This document shows, piece by piece, positions 1 through 13,219 of a stretch of DNA of 57,156 nt. The stretch comes from Oikopleura dioica (Eukaryota; Animalia; Chordata). The notes under the pieces are model-generated. The model was not told where the DNA came from, ran no database searches, and saw nothing but the letters and a program-made list of their open reading frames with translations. Position numbers and translations under genes: made by a program. Within the stretch, counting starts at the first letter, position 1, and every line of letters starts with the position of its first letter. The stretch is taken from NCBI GenBank assembly GCA_907165135.1, contig CAJRAX010000011.1:1-57156 (forward strand), written 5' to 3'.

Positions 1-155
1 AGCACGCTACGGGCCTACGGCCCTTGCGCGCATTTTCTGATAGAGAACTCATTGGGTTGGCAGGGGCAGTCTTTTCTACCGCTGGGACTCATTTTTGGCA
101 GCAAACAACTTCTGCATTCGCAGAATAATAGTTGTTTTCGCCAAAAAAATTTTTT

Positions 156-245
156 CACAGAATTATTCTCCCGGAAAGGGGGTCTTATCGTGAGAATAAT
201 TCTGTTTTTCACAGAATTGTTCTGTGCACAGAATTATTCTCCCGG
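156..245. repeat. Cluster of direct and inverted ACAGAATT(A/G)TTCT motifs
   Basis: CACAGAATTATTCTCCCGG at 156-174 and 227-245, inverted copy GAGAATAATTCTGT at 192-205, near-palindrome ACAGAATTGTTCTGT at 211-225. Confidence 0.6.
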
Positions 246-251
246 TTGCCC

Positions 252-605
252 GACATTTCTCGATGACACTGACCATCAAAAGATGTCCTAAGATGTCAAT
301 TTCGATGGACATTTCTTGACATTTCTCGACATCTGCAGACATTTTGAGTTATTTCTACAAGTCGCAACATAAGGCTTTTTGTAAGTTAATGTCTCACAAT
401 GTCTAGAGACATCCTTTAATGTCAAAAGATGTCTATAGAAGTCATTTGACATCCCTTGACATTTCTCGACATCTCGAGACATCTTAAGACATTCATCAAG
501 TCTCAAGATGCCTCTGAACATCATGCAACGTCTCTCAATGTCAAGAGACATTCTTCAATGTCTGAAAATGTCTCTAGACATTTAAGGACATTCTGAGACA
601 TTTAT
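252..605. repeat. GACAT/ATGTC repeat with about 10-bp period, alternating orientation blocks
   Basis: Many GACAT and ATGTC cores roughly every 10-11 bp. The same family occurs at 6287-6425. Confidence 0.75.
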
Positions 606-1337
606 TGGTCAAAATTTCAAAAACTCGATTTAGTATCAAAAATATTAATAATTTTTCAAAATATAAACTCTTCGACTTCTTCAATAATTCTTGAATTCAG
701 CTGCTTCGTACAACGAAGACGCAGTTTTCGGCTGCACGATGATGTGGGTCTGGCCCGATTGCTGCCCGCAGTGGCAGAATATGAACTTCCTTTCATAATG
801 AATTTCGCCTCTGTTCACTTTCTTACTATTCTTGACTAAACAGACTTTTGTTTCTAACGATAAAAACTTGGGATAAATAATTTAATTTCAATGTTCTGCA
901 AAATAAATATTCGAGACAGATACATCCCAAATCTTTTATTTTTCAGCAGCGGCAGAGGAGCAACAAGTTTGGCTCTTTTTTGTACAAAAGTACTACCGCA
1001 AATCTAGGTCGCAAATCATTTGAGATTCTAGGACCTTCTTTTGATAGCCAATAAGATTGCTTTATTTGGCCCACCGACCAATCAAAACCCTCAAAATCCA
1101 CTTTCAAAATTATTTTCTCCCCACTAATCGTCTCAAAATTAATTTATCCTACCTTTCAGGTTTTGATTTTGTCCAGAAATTTTATGATTCTGATAACTTT
1201 TTCTCCGTGGTAATAAAAACAGAGTCGTAATTTCAGAGTCACGAGAGCGCTTATTCGCCGGTTTATGATCTTCTGTTTTTGAGAAGAGAAATTAAAAACT
1301 CACTTTTGAATTCGAAGTCGAGAAAAAGTAGCTGCAG

Positions 1338-3495
1338 ATGAGACAAGTAACGACACATCCAAAAGAATTGACGAGAGAAGCGGTTGAGAAATGGCTGGAA
1401 GGTTTTAAGAAGAAGTTGAAAAGAACGACGAGCAGAGATGATTTGGACAGACTGCTTTTGTCCGTTGAGAGACAAGAGTTTGAATATAAATGGAATGCTA
1501 ATTGGGAGGAGGTTGTTTTTGAAAATGGAGAAGGAAAAGTTTTGCGTTGGGGCGAAGAAAAAGAAAATGAGCGATTACCGCATTCCAAAACGATTCTTGA
1601 AAAAATACAAAATTGAAAATCGAAAAATCGCGCGATCAGAATTGAAAGAAGAAACTGGAGAATGGATTCTCGACAAATCTTTCAAATCGATTTCTGAAGG
1701 AGGAGAAGCGATCGTTTTGGAAGAAAAATTTGGAGAATTGGACGTTGCCGTCAGGGTGCAGGCTTTTGACTCGGCGCTCTTTTGGAAGAAGAGGAGGAGT
1801 TGAAATTTGAGATTCATCTTTCAAATGGTAAGAATAATTGTTTTATTTTTGATTTTTACATTCTTAGATTATGAAACCGCCGAAAACGACGAAAAATATG
1901 ACGTTCCCGTGATCCCCCGTCATTCCAATATTATCAAGAATTATTGCAGCATAGAAGTCTTCTTGAGCGAAGACGAAGACAACGATGACTGCCTCGGATG
2001 GATAACGATAATGGAAAAGTGCGACTGCGATCTTCGAAGCCGACTCAAAAAAGAAGATCTCAACTTGGAAGAAAAAAAGAAAATAGCAGTTGGAGTGCAA
2101 GACGGACTTGATTATTTGAAGAGCGTCGGAATCTGGCATCACGACAAGAAGCCCGAAAATGTTCTCTTGAAAGATGGAGAACCGAGATGGGTCGATTACG
2201 GGACGTTGCAAGAATTAACTGGAAGAAGGAGCTTACGCGAAATGGGCTACGCGCGGAGAGGAAGCAAATATAGATACAGTAAATTTTTATGTAAGTTTTT
2301 AATTCGGTTATCTTGAATTAATTTTTCGTTTATTTTTTAGATTCTGGTTCTGCTGCTTTTTCGGGAAGTGAAGAACTTTGTAATGAAGACGGAGGAGAGG
2401 GATCGCCACTTCATATTTTGATTCTCTGCGACTGGAAGTCTGCCTGGAGTCTTCTTTACAATCCCATCGAAGAAGGCGAGCGAGAAATGATCAAAAATGA
2501 ACTAAAGGTTTTTGGATTCTTCGTATTTTTTCGACAATTTCATTTTTTTTAGAAATTCAATGCGGCCTGGCTATCAAAAAAAACTCCAACAACCGATGAA
2601 ATCAAAAGTTTATCAGAAATCATTTCGCTAAAAAACGCGCCTTCCCATTTTTGCCTGGACGATCCAAGCTTGACAAAATCCTCCGCGATGGCCAATCTCA
2701 AACAGAAAATGACGAAACAAATCAATTTCGACTTCAAAAACGTGACGAAGAATGTTTTGAACCAGAAAGAAAGCAATCTTTGTGTGCCAATTTCAGTTAC
2801 TACTCTTTTGAGATGGGCCATCAAAAATGATTTGCGAGTTAAAAATGGATATTATGAATTATATTGTTCTTTTGAAAAAATCTTCACAATTCTGACGATG
2901 GTGATTTATCCGCGCAGTTTGGCTGGATTAAATTTAAATCCGAAATTCGAAGAACAAGAATTCCAAACAAACGAAATTGAGTTGCTTCTCAGAAGATTAA
3001 AATTTGAGACTTATTTGAATCCAAGTGGATGGGAAATTATTAAAAGAATGAGTAAAAGATTAATAAGAGGCAATTTTGATTTCGAGCTAGGTATCTTCAC
3101 TTTGTTATCATAACTTTGAAAATAATAATATATTTTCAGTGCTCCTCCACGACAAATTCTCCTCCACCCGTCCCCTGACAGTCACCGGCGCCTACCTAAA
3201 TCCCGACGGATCTGTGTTTTCCCACCAAATGGTGCTTGACCGCGTCGAAAACTCCAAATTCATTCTCCAAAACACACTCATCGACCATTCTGGCACTAAA
3301 ATCGAAATTCCTCAGAACAGGCCATTCTACGCCGAATACAAAATGATGAAAGATTGCTACGACTTCTACAAAAAATATGAGTATCGCGGAGACAACGGCG
3401 AGATCATGACTCTGGCGAACGAGCAGATCAAAAATATGAAGAAAGAAACTTGGCACCTTCTCCCACAGGCTTATTCGATTATTCTCAGAAAATAA
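1338..3495 (+). CDS. Multi-exon protein kinase-like protein with C-terminal papain-like (clan CA) Cys protease-like domain; two apparent 1-bp homopolymer frameshifts in exon 1
   Basis: Kinase motifs ISEGGEAIV, VAVRVQ, HHDKKPENVLL, VDYG. GT-AG introns at 1828-1867, 2291-2340, about 2508-2552 and about 3090-3139 join the ORFs. C-terminal NQKESNLC...SHQMVL...FILQNT. Confidence 0.75.
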
Positions 3496-3929
3496 TAAAA
3501 ATCAATTTTCAAATGTTTGATTTCAAGTGCCTCGAATCATTCTCGTAACTGTAAAATTTTCTTAATGCTACTAATTAAAAATGACAATAAAAATGACGAT
3601 TTCACTTTATTTCTTTCGAATAATCATCAATATTAAAAGTCGGGAAGCCCAATTCTCCAGCAAGCAGGCTTTTCGTATCTTCCCATTCCCAAAATCAATC
3701 GCTTCTTGAGTAAAATATAATATTTTTGATTTCAAAAGAAGGCGGAGTTTTCGTACTTGGTCAGTCATAATTCGGCACTAGAACGAAATGCTACTGCCGC
3801 GGGCAATGCTAGCGCTCATACTTATTCTCTTAAATTGACGGAACGTTTGCTTATTAGTTAACTAAAGAGAATTCAGAATCAGAGAAGAAGATAGAAATTA
3901 TAAGCTTTCAATCTAGAGCTTGAGGCTCA

Positions 3930-6900
3930 ATGTACGGGTATGTATCCCCTTAATTTTTGATACTAGAACTTATAATTAGAAGCAAGATAAAAAATCCGGA
4001 GAAAAATTTTTTTCTTTAAAATTTTTCCACTAAAAATAAAAGACCTTATTTTTTCAGACTGCGCTCAGTCCGCAGACGTCATGTATTCCTCATCTTCGCA
4101 ACAATCTTCCTCGTCATTTTCCTGACCAACAACACAAATGCAGTTCACCGACTCAGGCGGCTCGACATCGAGTCGATCGACTGGAGCAACTACGAAGAGG
4201 ACATCATTTCCCACGTCAAAGAAGAGCTCAATTCCATCGTGGAAAATCCCGAAGATTTTTTAGAATCAAAAAAGACCGAAGAGATAGAAGAGAAAATTGA
4301 GGAAAATGAGAAAACAACTTTGACGGAAACATCATCAACGTCAGCAACATCGACAATTTCGACAAGTTCGACAATTTCTTCCTCATCAACATCATCATCA
4401 ACAACAGAAAAAACTGAGAAGAGAATTGAGACGCCGAAAAGTGCAGAAAACAAAGAAGAAAATCAACAAAGAAAAAATGAAAAAGAGGTTGAAAATGAGC
4501 CAGAAAAACCATCCCATTCACCAGAACCGGAAATATCTCGAGTCAAAATCGAAAAAAACGCTCAAGAACCCGCCGCGATCGCGAAGCAAAAAGCGCTAGA
4601 AAACATCAAAAAACATCTGCAGCCAGCCAAAATCCCAGAAAAAGAATCCGTGCCTTGGGTTTATCCAACAATTCCAGCTCCTGGCGAAAAGAAAAAGGGC
4701 CCGCCAGTAGTGGCAAAACGCTTTGTCGTGAAAAAATTTCTGAATGCGACGAACATTCATATTTTTTATCGATCGCTCCCGGAGAAAACTGAGCAGAGGC
4801 GGCTTTTACGGGCGTATATGAAGATGTGGATGAGTGTTAATTCCGACGAGTCGATGCTTCCGATGAATTACTCGATCGTCTCTTTTGATGACGAAAAAAC
4901 AAGGCGAGAAAGCGAGAAATTCGGGGATCTCCACCTCTGCGCTCGGAATTCAAGCGAGCTGGAAGAATACACCCTTCTCATGAAAGCAGTGAATCTCGCC
5001 ACGGAAATGAATTTGAACGAAACCGAAGTCGCAATTTTCGCCTACACAACTGACCTCGTTGATTCCAGCGAAATCACCAGCGCGACCGGAAAATTGGCAG
5101 CGATCGACTCGGGTGGGGAGAAAAATATGATTTGCTTCAAAGGTTCTAGCAGGGATACGAATCATTATTCTAGTTGTGGAGAAAAACCGGTTTTTGCGCT
5201 GAGAGGAGATGTTGTCAAATTGTTGGCGAAAGAGATGGAGATTATCAAGCCTTACATGGGGAGCATTGAAGAACGCCGAATAGGTACATCTTTTTGTCTT
5301 CTTTTTATCGCAAGAAAATGATTAATTTTAGGCTGGTTGACTGGAATCGTCCGTGCTCGCTCGAAAATCGTAGGATTGGGCGTCAACCAAGACAACCACA
5401 ATCTCATCCAAATGCCCTTCGAACTCGAGCAGTTCAACGACTTCTACGAGGACAACTACGACTGGGGAATGGATCGAAAGCCTCGAAAACTGATGGACTA
5501 CGACCTGCCCGAAATTTACAGAAAACCAGCGGAATGGAAGATAGAAATAGAAATAGCGCCACCTTGCGACCCTTCTCCTTACTTGTATCTCGTGAAAACT
5601 TCCAGGTAAAAATCGAAATTGAGTCACGTGATGAAACTTTCAGGAAAAATTTTGAGCGTCGAAATTTTCTCCGGGCGTTTCAAGAGTTCGACAAAAACTC
5701 GACCAAGATCGAAAATCTTCCTCAAATGCGATTTTTGCTTGGAAAAGGAAAATCCTCGGAAGACCCTTCCATCGAGAAATTCATTAAAAAAGAGATGAAA
5801 GAGCACGGCGACTTGGTGGTTGGAAAGTTCATCGACGAATACGACAATCTTCCTCACAAAACAATGGCTGGCTATACTTACTTCGCCGAAAACTGCATGA
5901 AACCGCACAAGAAGCAGTACGTGATGTTTATCGATGACGATGTCTTGCTGGACGTCGAGCATCTCGACAGTTATTTCAAGCAACCAAACGCTAGCGACTT
6001 CACTTGCTTTGGATTCCTCGGAGAACATGCGAGGCCGAATCGATGGGGAAAATACAACGTTACAATTGAACAGTGGGCGGGCGGTCATTTCTTTCCGAAA
6101 TTTTGCTCCGGTAGGATCTTTTTCCTGCTTCAAATTCTTTATGTTTCAGGTCCTTGCGCTGGAATGACGGCAAAAATGAGCGAGAAGATATATGAGGCAG
6201 CTTCTACGACGGATGCCAAGGGGTTCAAGCTTGAAGACGTCCTTTTTACAGGTTAAGAACTTTCTTAATGTCTACTTTTAGAGAAAAAGAGACATGACGA
6301 GACATCTCCTGACATTGTCGGACATCTTCGGACATCAAGAGACATCAAGAGACATTCTTAGACATCCCAATGTCTTTTGATGTCAAGAAGTGTCGCCAGA
6401 TGTCTGGAGATGTCCCTGAATGTCAAAATGATAAAAAATTTTAACCAGCTCTTGATTTGCTCTCATCGTTGATTTCAGGCATTATTCGAACGAAAGCGGG
6501 CATCCCGGAGCCATCCTTTCAAAAAGACGTGTGCAAACATTTCGACCAAAAGACCAAGCAAGCGACGGAAATGTCGATGTGGCAATACATCCGACAGCTG
6601 TGCGCCCGGCGCAAATACATGTAAGAAACAACGGAAAAAAACAATGGCCCTAACTCATTTTAAAGGTCGACGATTCAAGATCTGGAAAAACTAGCGATCG
6701 CGTTCGGATTCGATCCGAATAAGTACGCGCACCTTAAAGTTGGCCTCCCCCCGGGCGTGTCGGCAAGAAAACCTCCCATCGTTGAAAAGGGGGTTTCGGT
6801 GGTAAAACCAGTCGACCTCGAGGGAAAAGTCGGAAAACCAATTTACCGAAAACCTGATCTTTCAAAACCCGGGCTATATCAGGCCCCAAAGCCGACAGTA

Positions 6901-6987
6901 AAAAAATCTCCAGTTGAAAAAGCTTCGCCTGCTTCTCAAGAAAAACCTTTTGCTAGAAAAAACATCCGAATCGCAGGAAAAAGCTAA
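3930..6987 (+). CDS. Type II membrane GT31 (beta-1,3-galactosyltransferase-like) glycosyltransferase, about 7 exons
   Basis: Spliced N-terminus MYGLRSVRRRHVFLIFATIFLVIFL (signal anchor) and Ser/Thr/Glu-rich stem. GT31 motifs VKTSRKNFERRNFLR (after a 38-bp intron at 5606-5643), FIDEYDNLPHKT, FIDDDV, EDVLFTG. Confidence 0.85.
6287..6425. repeat. Intronic GACAT x~8 then ATGTC x~6 foldback array
   Basis: About 10-bp-period GACAT units followed by their reverse complement, inside the GT31 intron at about 6254-6478. Confidence 0.75.
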
Positions 6988-9358
6988 AAAGAATCTTCTT
7001 TTCTGTGCAATCAAACCATTAGTTCCAAATGACAGATCATTCCAGAACAGTTCAAAATATTATATACTCAATTGAATAAACCAATTATTTGAAAAGAAAA
7101 CACTCTCGATCGGGTTCAAGTACTGACGAAAAAATATCAAAGGCGGGGAAATGCCCTCTTCGTGAAAGTTTACAAGTGGCCTTGTTGCAACAAATGGGAG
7201 CGATGCTATTTGAGGAACAATATTGTTTCCGACAAATTTGCTAAAGCAGATCCTAGGCTCAAATAAAATCGCCCCGGAAGCAAATTTTAAATTTATCGGC
7301 GACTGTCGTATTTGTCACAAATATTTTTTCTATAAAAAATTCAGGCGTTAAAAAATGATAAAATATTGAAAAAAATGTAAAATGAGAGTTTTTTAATGAT
7401 AAATTATTGTTTAACGATGTTTGTAAAACATGTTTGTTTAAAAAAGTTTCGAGAAAAAACGCCGGAAAAAGAAAAAGGTGCCGATGCGGGGAAACAAGTG
7501 AAGGTTAAGCCCTAATCGCCGCCTCGAAAGGGTTAATTTTGCTGCAACCGTTGTGCTCGGAGCTGAGCGCAGGGCTCTAGAAGACGCTGCCGTTATTAAT
7601 TTACGCATTTAGCGGATTTTCGTATTTTTCGCCGGCGCCAAAGAAGAATTGAATTATGCACTAGAAAAGTAGCGCAAAGGGAATTTATGAATTTCGCGTT
7701 TTCGGGAAAAAAGAAAAGGAATAATCCACTACTGCTGTGTTTTCCGGAAGAGGGCACTGTTCGCGGTCGATTGGCGATTTTTATCCGGCACTGGGCACCG
7801 CAGAATGCGATTAAAAGCCCCGCTGTTCATTATCACCTAATTGGGAAGGACTTAGCCGCTAAGCAAGAAGAATTTGGTCGAGTTTACATCGCTCATGAAA
7901 TTTAGCTGATTTTTAAAAAAGGGTAAAGAAGCAATCTTGCTCGATGAGCCCCCTTTCGCCACACTTGGAATCAAAGTTGGAAAGGAGAGCCACTCAATTG
8001 GCTTGTTCCATCCGGCGGTAGTGCTACAGTCACTAAGGAAATGAGAGGTACCCCCTTTTCATTTAATGTTTTCGAGAAGTTCAGAAAAGAAAAACTATTG
8101 AAAAAGATTGAAAACCAAAAGCAAACAAAGATGTGAGAGACATACAGAACTTCTCAATCAAATCCTTCCAGGCGAAGTAATTGATCAAAACCACAAGAAA
8201 GTGGGTAAACAGATCAAAAGCGATCGGACAGACTGTAGCTTTGGAATCAGAATACTTTGAGAAACAAAAGTAATCAAACATCCGCCACCCATCTCATTCT
8301 TACCCATCTCATTTCTTTTCTTTCCGTAGTTTCTTGAACAAGATCGCTTGGTGGAACAAAAACTATAGTTATTTAAGAAAACCCGTCAAAACGATGATTC
8401 TTTTAACAATAAAAGAATCTGATGCGTTAAAAATATCAACCCTTATTTCGTCAAAATCATCGTGAAAGCCGACCAATAGAGTCGCCTAACTGTTATCATT
8501 TCCATTTTAATCCCACTGAGTTGCGGAAATAAGCTTTCGTAATCGACAATTAAGTTTCTCAAGGAGCAAGTTGCTGAGTTAGTACCGCGGGTGGTCGCCG
8601 ATTTTCGGTATCGCCAGGAGGGCGCTCTCGCTCTCTTTTAGCGCGCTAGGACCGCCGCTGCGCCGCGCCCCGCTCAATCAGCTGCGAAAAAAGACGAAAA
8701 TCAAAGCCAAATGTAACAAAAGAAAATTACCTGATTACAATTTGAATTGAACAAGACCGATTCTTTTCAAGAGAGAATTTCAGATTCAAGAGAGATCAAA
8801 TGAAGAGCTTGAAAAACTGAAAACAGAAATCGCCGAAGAGGAGAATTTTAGGTATGCGACCGCACATTATTGCATTTTGACGGGAGAGTGTTCGGAATTT
8901 TGAATCAGACCCAAAATACCACGCTTGTTTTTGAAGATTCTAGCGCTGAAAACGAGCATCTTTCATTTGCATATTATCCCAGAAGGAATTGAAAGCCTAC
9001 GTGGCTTCTCATGACAACTCTTTTAAAGCCTGACTCAGGATTTCTACACAGGTTTCTGAGCACAGTTCATCGAAAAATATCTCCAAACCTTTTTTAGTTT
9101 ATAAATATCGATCGAAAAAAGACGAGAACAATTTTATAGAGCGGAATAGGAAGCGCAGTGGGGAGGGAAGTTTTTGATGTACGGGGACAGGGCATAAATC
9201 GATTTTTCATGCCGAGGGTGAGAAACTTATCCAGGCCACCCGCTGACTCGATATATCGACTAATTTTATATTTTTTAACACATTGAAGTGTTGAGCGACA
9301 GATTTTAGGATCATCCTCGCTGCGCGACTTTAAAAACAGGCTCTGAGACAGGAAAAAA

Positions 9359-9447
9359 CCTGTGTTGAAAACCTGAGTCAGGGTCTGAATTTAATTTTTG
9401 CTAATCATTTGACATCTTTCAGACCCTGACTCAGGTTTTGACACAGG
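9359..9447. mobile_element. Short MITE, family A (TIR core CCTGTG..AAAACCTGA(G/C)TCAGGGTC)
   Basis: About 31-bp inverted repeat cctgtgttgaaaacctgagtcagggtctgaa / ttcagaccctgactcaggttttgacacagg. A half copy lies near 9025-9060. Confidence 0.7.
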
Positions 9448-12400
9448 TTTTGCTCAAGAAAATATGCTCTTTTGAAGCAACAGTAAGATAAGTTTTTTGA
9501 TTCCTTTGTCTTTTCCGAGATCGATCGACCACGAAATTCGTTAGATCTTTTTCTTCTCTTCTTTCAAAATTACGGAAAAAGTAAGCGCTATCGATTAGCG
9601 CCGATTTAACGGGCGGAGGAAGTGAGCTTATCTAACCGCGTAATGCAGCGCGCGCTAAATTCGGCACCGCGGTTGCACCAAAAAATTTTCGGCCGCCGAG
9701 GCTGAATTTATTCAAAACGAATTTCCCGTGGCAGAGGGACACGAAAATGTCAACGCGTTGACTTGGACCGTGCTCGCGTTCGCAGGGGAAATCGGTTAAA
9801 ATATTCATTTTCTTTTCTTGTCATCACGCTGTCTTATCGTTTATCTACTGTATTTATATACAGTCTTTATGGTAAATATGAGCTAAGGCTCTGAAATATA
9901 TTTTCATTCGCTGAATAACAGATAAATGACAATTGTTGCGAAGGGCTTTTCATTAAAATATTTAAGGGCTTTGACTCAGCTTTGCAACGTACAATGTAGG
10001 CCACAATGTTGCAAGTTGCAAAATCGAAACTGAAAAACTGATAAGCTTTGATAATGAGCAGCGAGACCGTTTTTTCTCCTTGATTAAGCTCGGCTCAAGG
10101 CTTATCATCTTCCTTTGTTGCAAGCTTTTTTCTCTCTCCCAGGAGTTTTTTCCAAAACTAAATTGAATGTATAAGCAACAATAGCTCCTCTTCTGCCTGG
10201 CGGGTCCGCTTTTGATTAGCTATTTAGGCCATTTTGGGAAGCAAGTTACGATTCTAGCGCTCTCTGCTTTTATCCTTTGGGAGTGGTCAGCTACTGATAA
10301 GGTGAAGGAGCGCCTAAGCCCCGCCTTATCGCGCCGGACACACATTCATTCACTTAGTCCTTTTCGGGGTCAAATAATTACCTCCGCGCCGGCGTTCCCA
10401 GTCCGGCGTTCTTGACCTCTGCATTCGCCATCTGCGCACTCATCCATTTTTCGAGCCCTGGAATCAGGCTCTTCGAATATTAGTTTATCAAACTTTTTTG
10501 ATTGAGGATAATGAAGCGCGATTTTCAGCGCTTTTATGTTTTGAATTTTCGCGAGTCTCTCAGAGTCAAGAACATACCAGAGCTATTGACAAACGAAACG
10601 AGAAGCACTTGCTTCTGGAAGAGTGCTTTTCAATGAAGCAGCTCAGCCGAAAACTTCAACGACACTTAATCTACCGGCCTCAGAATCGCGAAAATGTTGA
10701 ATAGTGATAATAAGGGGGTCTCCTTTAGATGTCCATATTATAAAGGACAAAATTCGTTAAGAGGTAGAGTCTACCTGGTAGACCCTTGCATATAAGAATA
10801 CATTTTTGAGCCAAAAGCGCATTACAAAGGACGTATTTGATCTGGGAGTATTCCGATGGAAGTGAAAGTGACAAACTCTGACGCGGCCCCGTCGACCTGC
10901 CTCTTTTATATTTTGATAGTTAGCAAAGTGGCGGATCCTTATAAAAGTGCTCATTTGAGGTACACAGCCAGTAAACTGGGCTAAGGGGCCATCTAGCACA
11001 CGCAGTGAACACAATGGAGCTGCCGAGCAGTAAATATTTCATCGCAGATCAACACATCTGCTTTCTAAAAAAACTCAAACATGCTTTTCCTTCAATTTTA
11101 AACACACCCTACATACACACATCTCCTCTTTAGCCAAATGAGCAGGAAAAAAGTAATGAAAAATTGATTTCTTTTCAAAAAACTTTTTCTGTAAAATTGA
11201 CAAATTTATTTAAAAAATCAACTCGGATGTTTTTGAAGCCCAATTCGACCGCGGCTTATCCCTCATAACTCGATTTCACAAAGAAGGGCTTAGCTAAATT
11301 CGGGATCATAGACATCTGTTCAACCCCACTTTTCTTTCTTTGTCGGACCAAAAACCGCTTGAGCTCAAAGTTTTTCAACGCCATGGGAAGATTTGATTTT
11401 GAAGCTCTCTGTCTTCCTTTATTGAGCCTTTTTGCGAGAGGAATCCTTTTCAAATCCGCCGCCGAATGGGTTAATTTGGATAAAATATCCTCAACAAAGC
11501 GAGATTTTAAAACATAAACAACTCAAAATTCAATCAAAATTCAATGCTATGACATCGTTTTTTTTTCTCTTTGAATTTGAGAAACGATGATTGATTTTTT
11601 CATTTCTCGTAAAAATGAAGTTTCGAGACTCTCTGGCCTCTTCAGCGGCATTTTACGACTTTTGGGCTTAGTAGTACTTTTTGGTACGATAAAAAATAGC
11701 ATTCTTCATAACGATCGAGAGATATTTTGGCGCGAAGAATTCAGAAAAATCTTTTTCCAGGGAGAGATTTACAGGTAGTAGCTTTCTTCTTTTTGTTTGT
11801 TTTCGGGGGCGAACACTTGAATACTATCAGAATCGCTTCAAGTGAACTTGAAAAAGGAGAGAATCCATGAAATTGGCCTCGGAGATCCATCATTTTTTGT
11901 CGAAGACTAGGTAGATTTTCACGGCTTTATCGAACTGGAACTCGGTAATTTGCTTATTTCTTATGCAGGTCATCCCAATCCAGCTCTAATTAGATTCATT
12001 AATTAGTAGTTGCCCATGGGCTTTTTTAAACCTGCTCGCCAAGTTTAAATGCCAACTTCTCCAATCCCCAATTTTAATTCAATATTTTTGGCCCAAAAAG
12101 ACTTGGTCGATTCAAACCGGTGAAATCAGTTCTTGGCCAAAAACTTTTCAATACAAAAAATAGCCAAAATAAAGCATAAGCAAATACAGCCGAATATTCG
12201 TAAGAGGCACGAAGGAAATCCTTTTGTTAGCGTGTAACTCCATCGGATATTCGCTATTAAATTAAGTCTATTTGCTCTTTGCTCGCTTCCGTGATACAGA
12301 TCTGATTCGATAAAAGAATCTCTTCTCAGTTCTTATTTATATTTACTTGTTTTCCGAAGCACGGATCTGGCTTTGGCATTATTCAGTAATAAATTTACAC

Positions 12401-12594
12401 TGGCGCCGTCCCAAAAATCCTTCTCCCCGAAAAGGTCGCACCTAGCCCCACTCAGTGCTCATCTCTCAGATGGCATTTAGGATTAAAGTATCGCCCTGTC
12501 GAGTACTCTCAATTTTTCCCATCGTGTTTTTTATATTTCGATTCAAGGGTGAGCGGAAATTAAAATGACACTTTTGCCCTTTCCGTTTAAAAAA

Positions 12595-12843
12595 GGCTCG
12601 GCAACCTGTGTAGAAAACCTGACTCAGGGTCTCAAAGATCTAAAATGAAAAGGCGCGAAGCGGCTTATTCGAATAAGAAAGCCGCAATGCGGCTTCGCAA
12701 GAAAACCTATTAGAAACAAAAGGTGGAAATGGTAACTTCGCGAAGCTGCTTTGCGGCTTCGTTATTAAAAAAGCCGCAACGCGGCTTTTCATTTGACATC
12801 CTTCGGACCTTGAGTCAGGTTTTTTTCACAGGTAACTGAACTC
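12595..12843. mobile_element. MITE family A
   Basis: Left ggctcggcaacctgtgtagaaaacctgactcagggtc, right gaccttgagtcaggtttttttcacagg, with internal AAAGCCGC..GCGGCTT palindromes. Confidence 0.75.
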
Positions 12844-13219
12844 AGAGGGCTACTCTTTATAGGATCTGTCGCGAAATTCGTCCATTAAAATGGTAGTGAC
12901 CCCCTTATTTATTCACATATCCAAATTATTGATGGAGAAAGCCTTAATTTTACGAGACAGATTTTCTGTCCGAATCAGAATTCATCAATGCGAGATCTTC
13001 TACGAATCAATTTCTAAACAGTTTCGTTCTCATTACTTTCCTTTTTTTCGATAAATAATGCAGACGAGTGGTGGACGACGCGTTTTTTAATAATTATTCA
13101 AATGAATAACTTTGCTAAGTGCATCCCACGTAAAAAATCGAGTAGTTTTTCAACTTTTATCGAGACTCAGATCTTTTTAATAATTTATCAATTTCTGATT
13201 GTTAATTCTGTTTTAGGCG

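Noticed and set aside
15-551. ORFs at the window start
   Set aside because: They are translations of repeat arrays, low in complexity and without domain signal.
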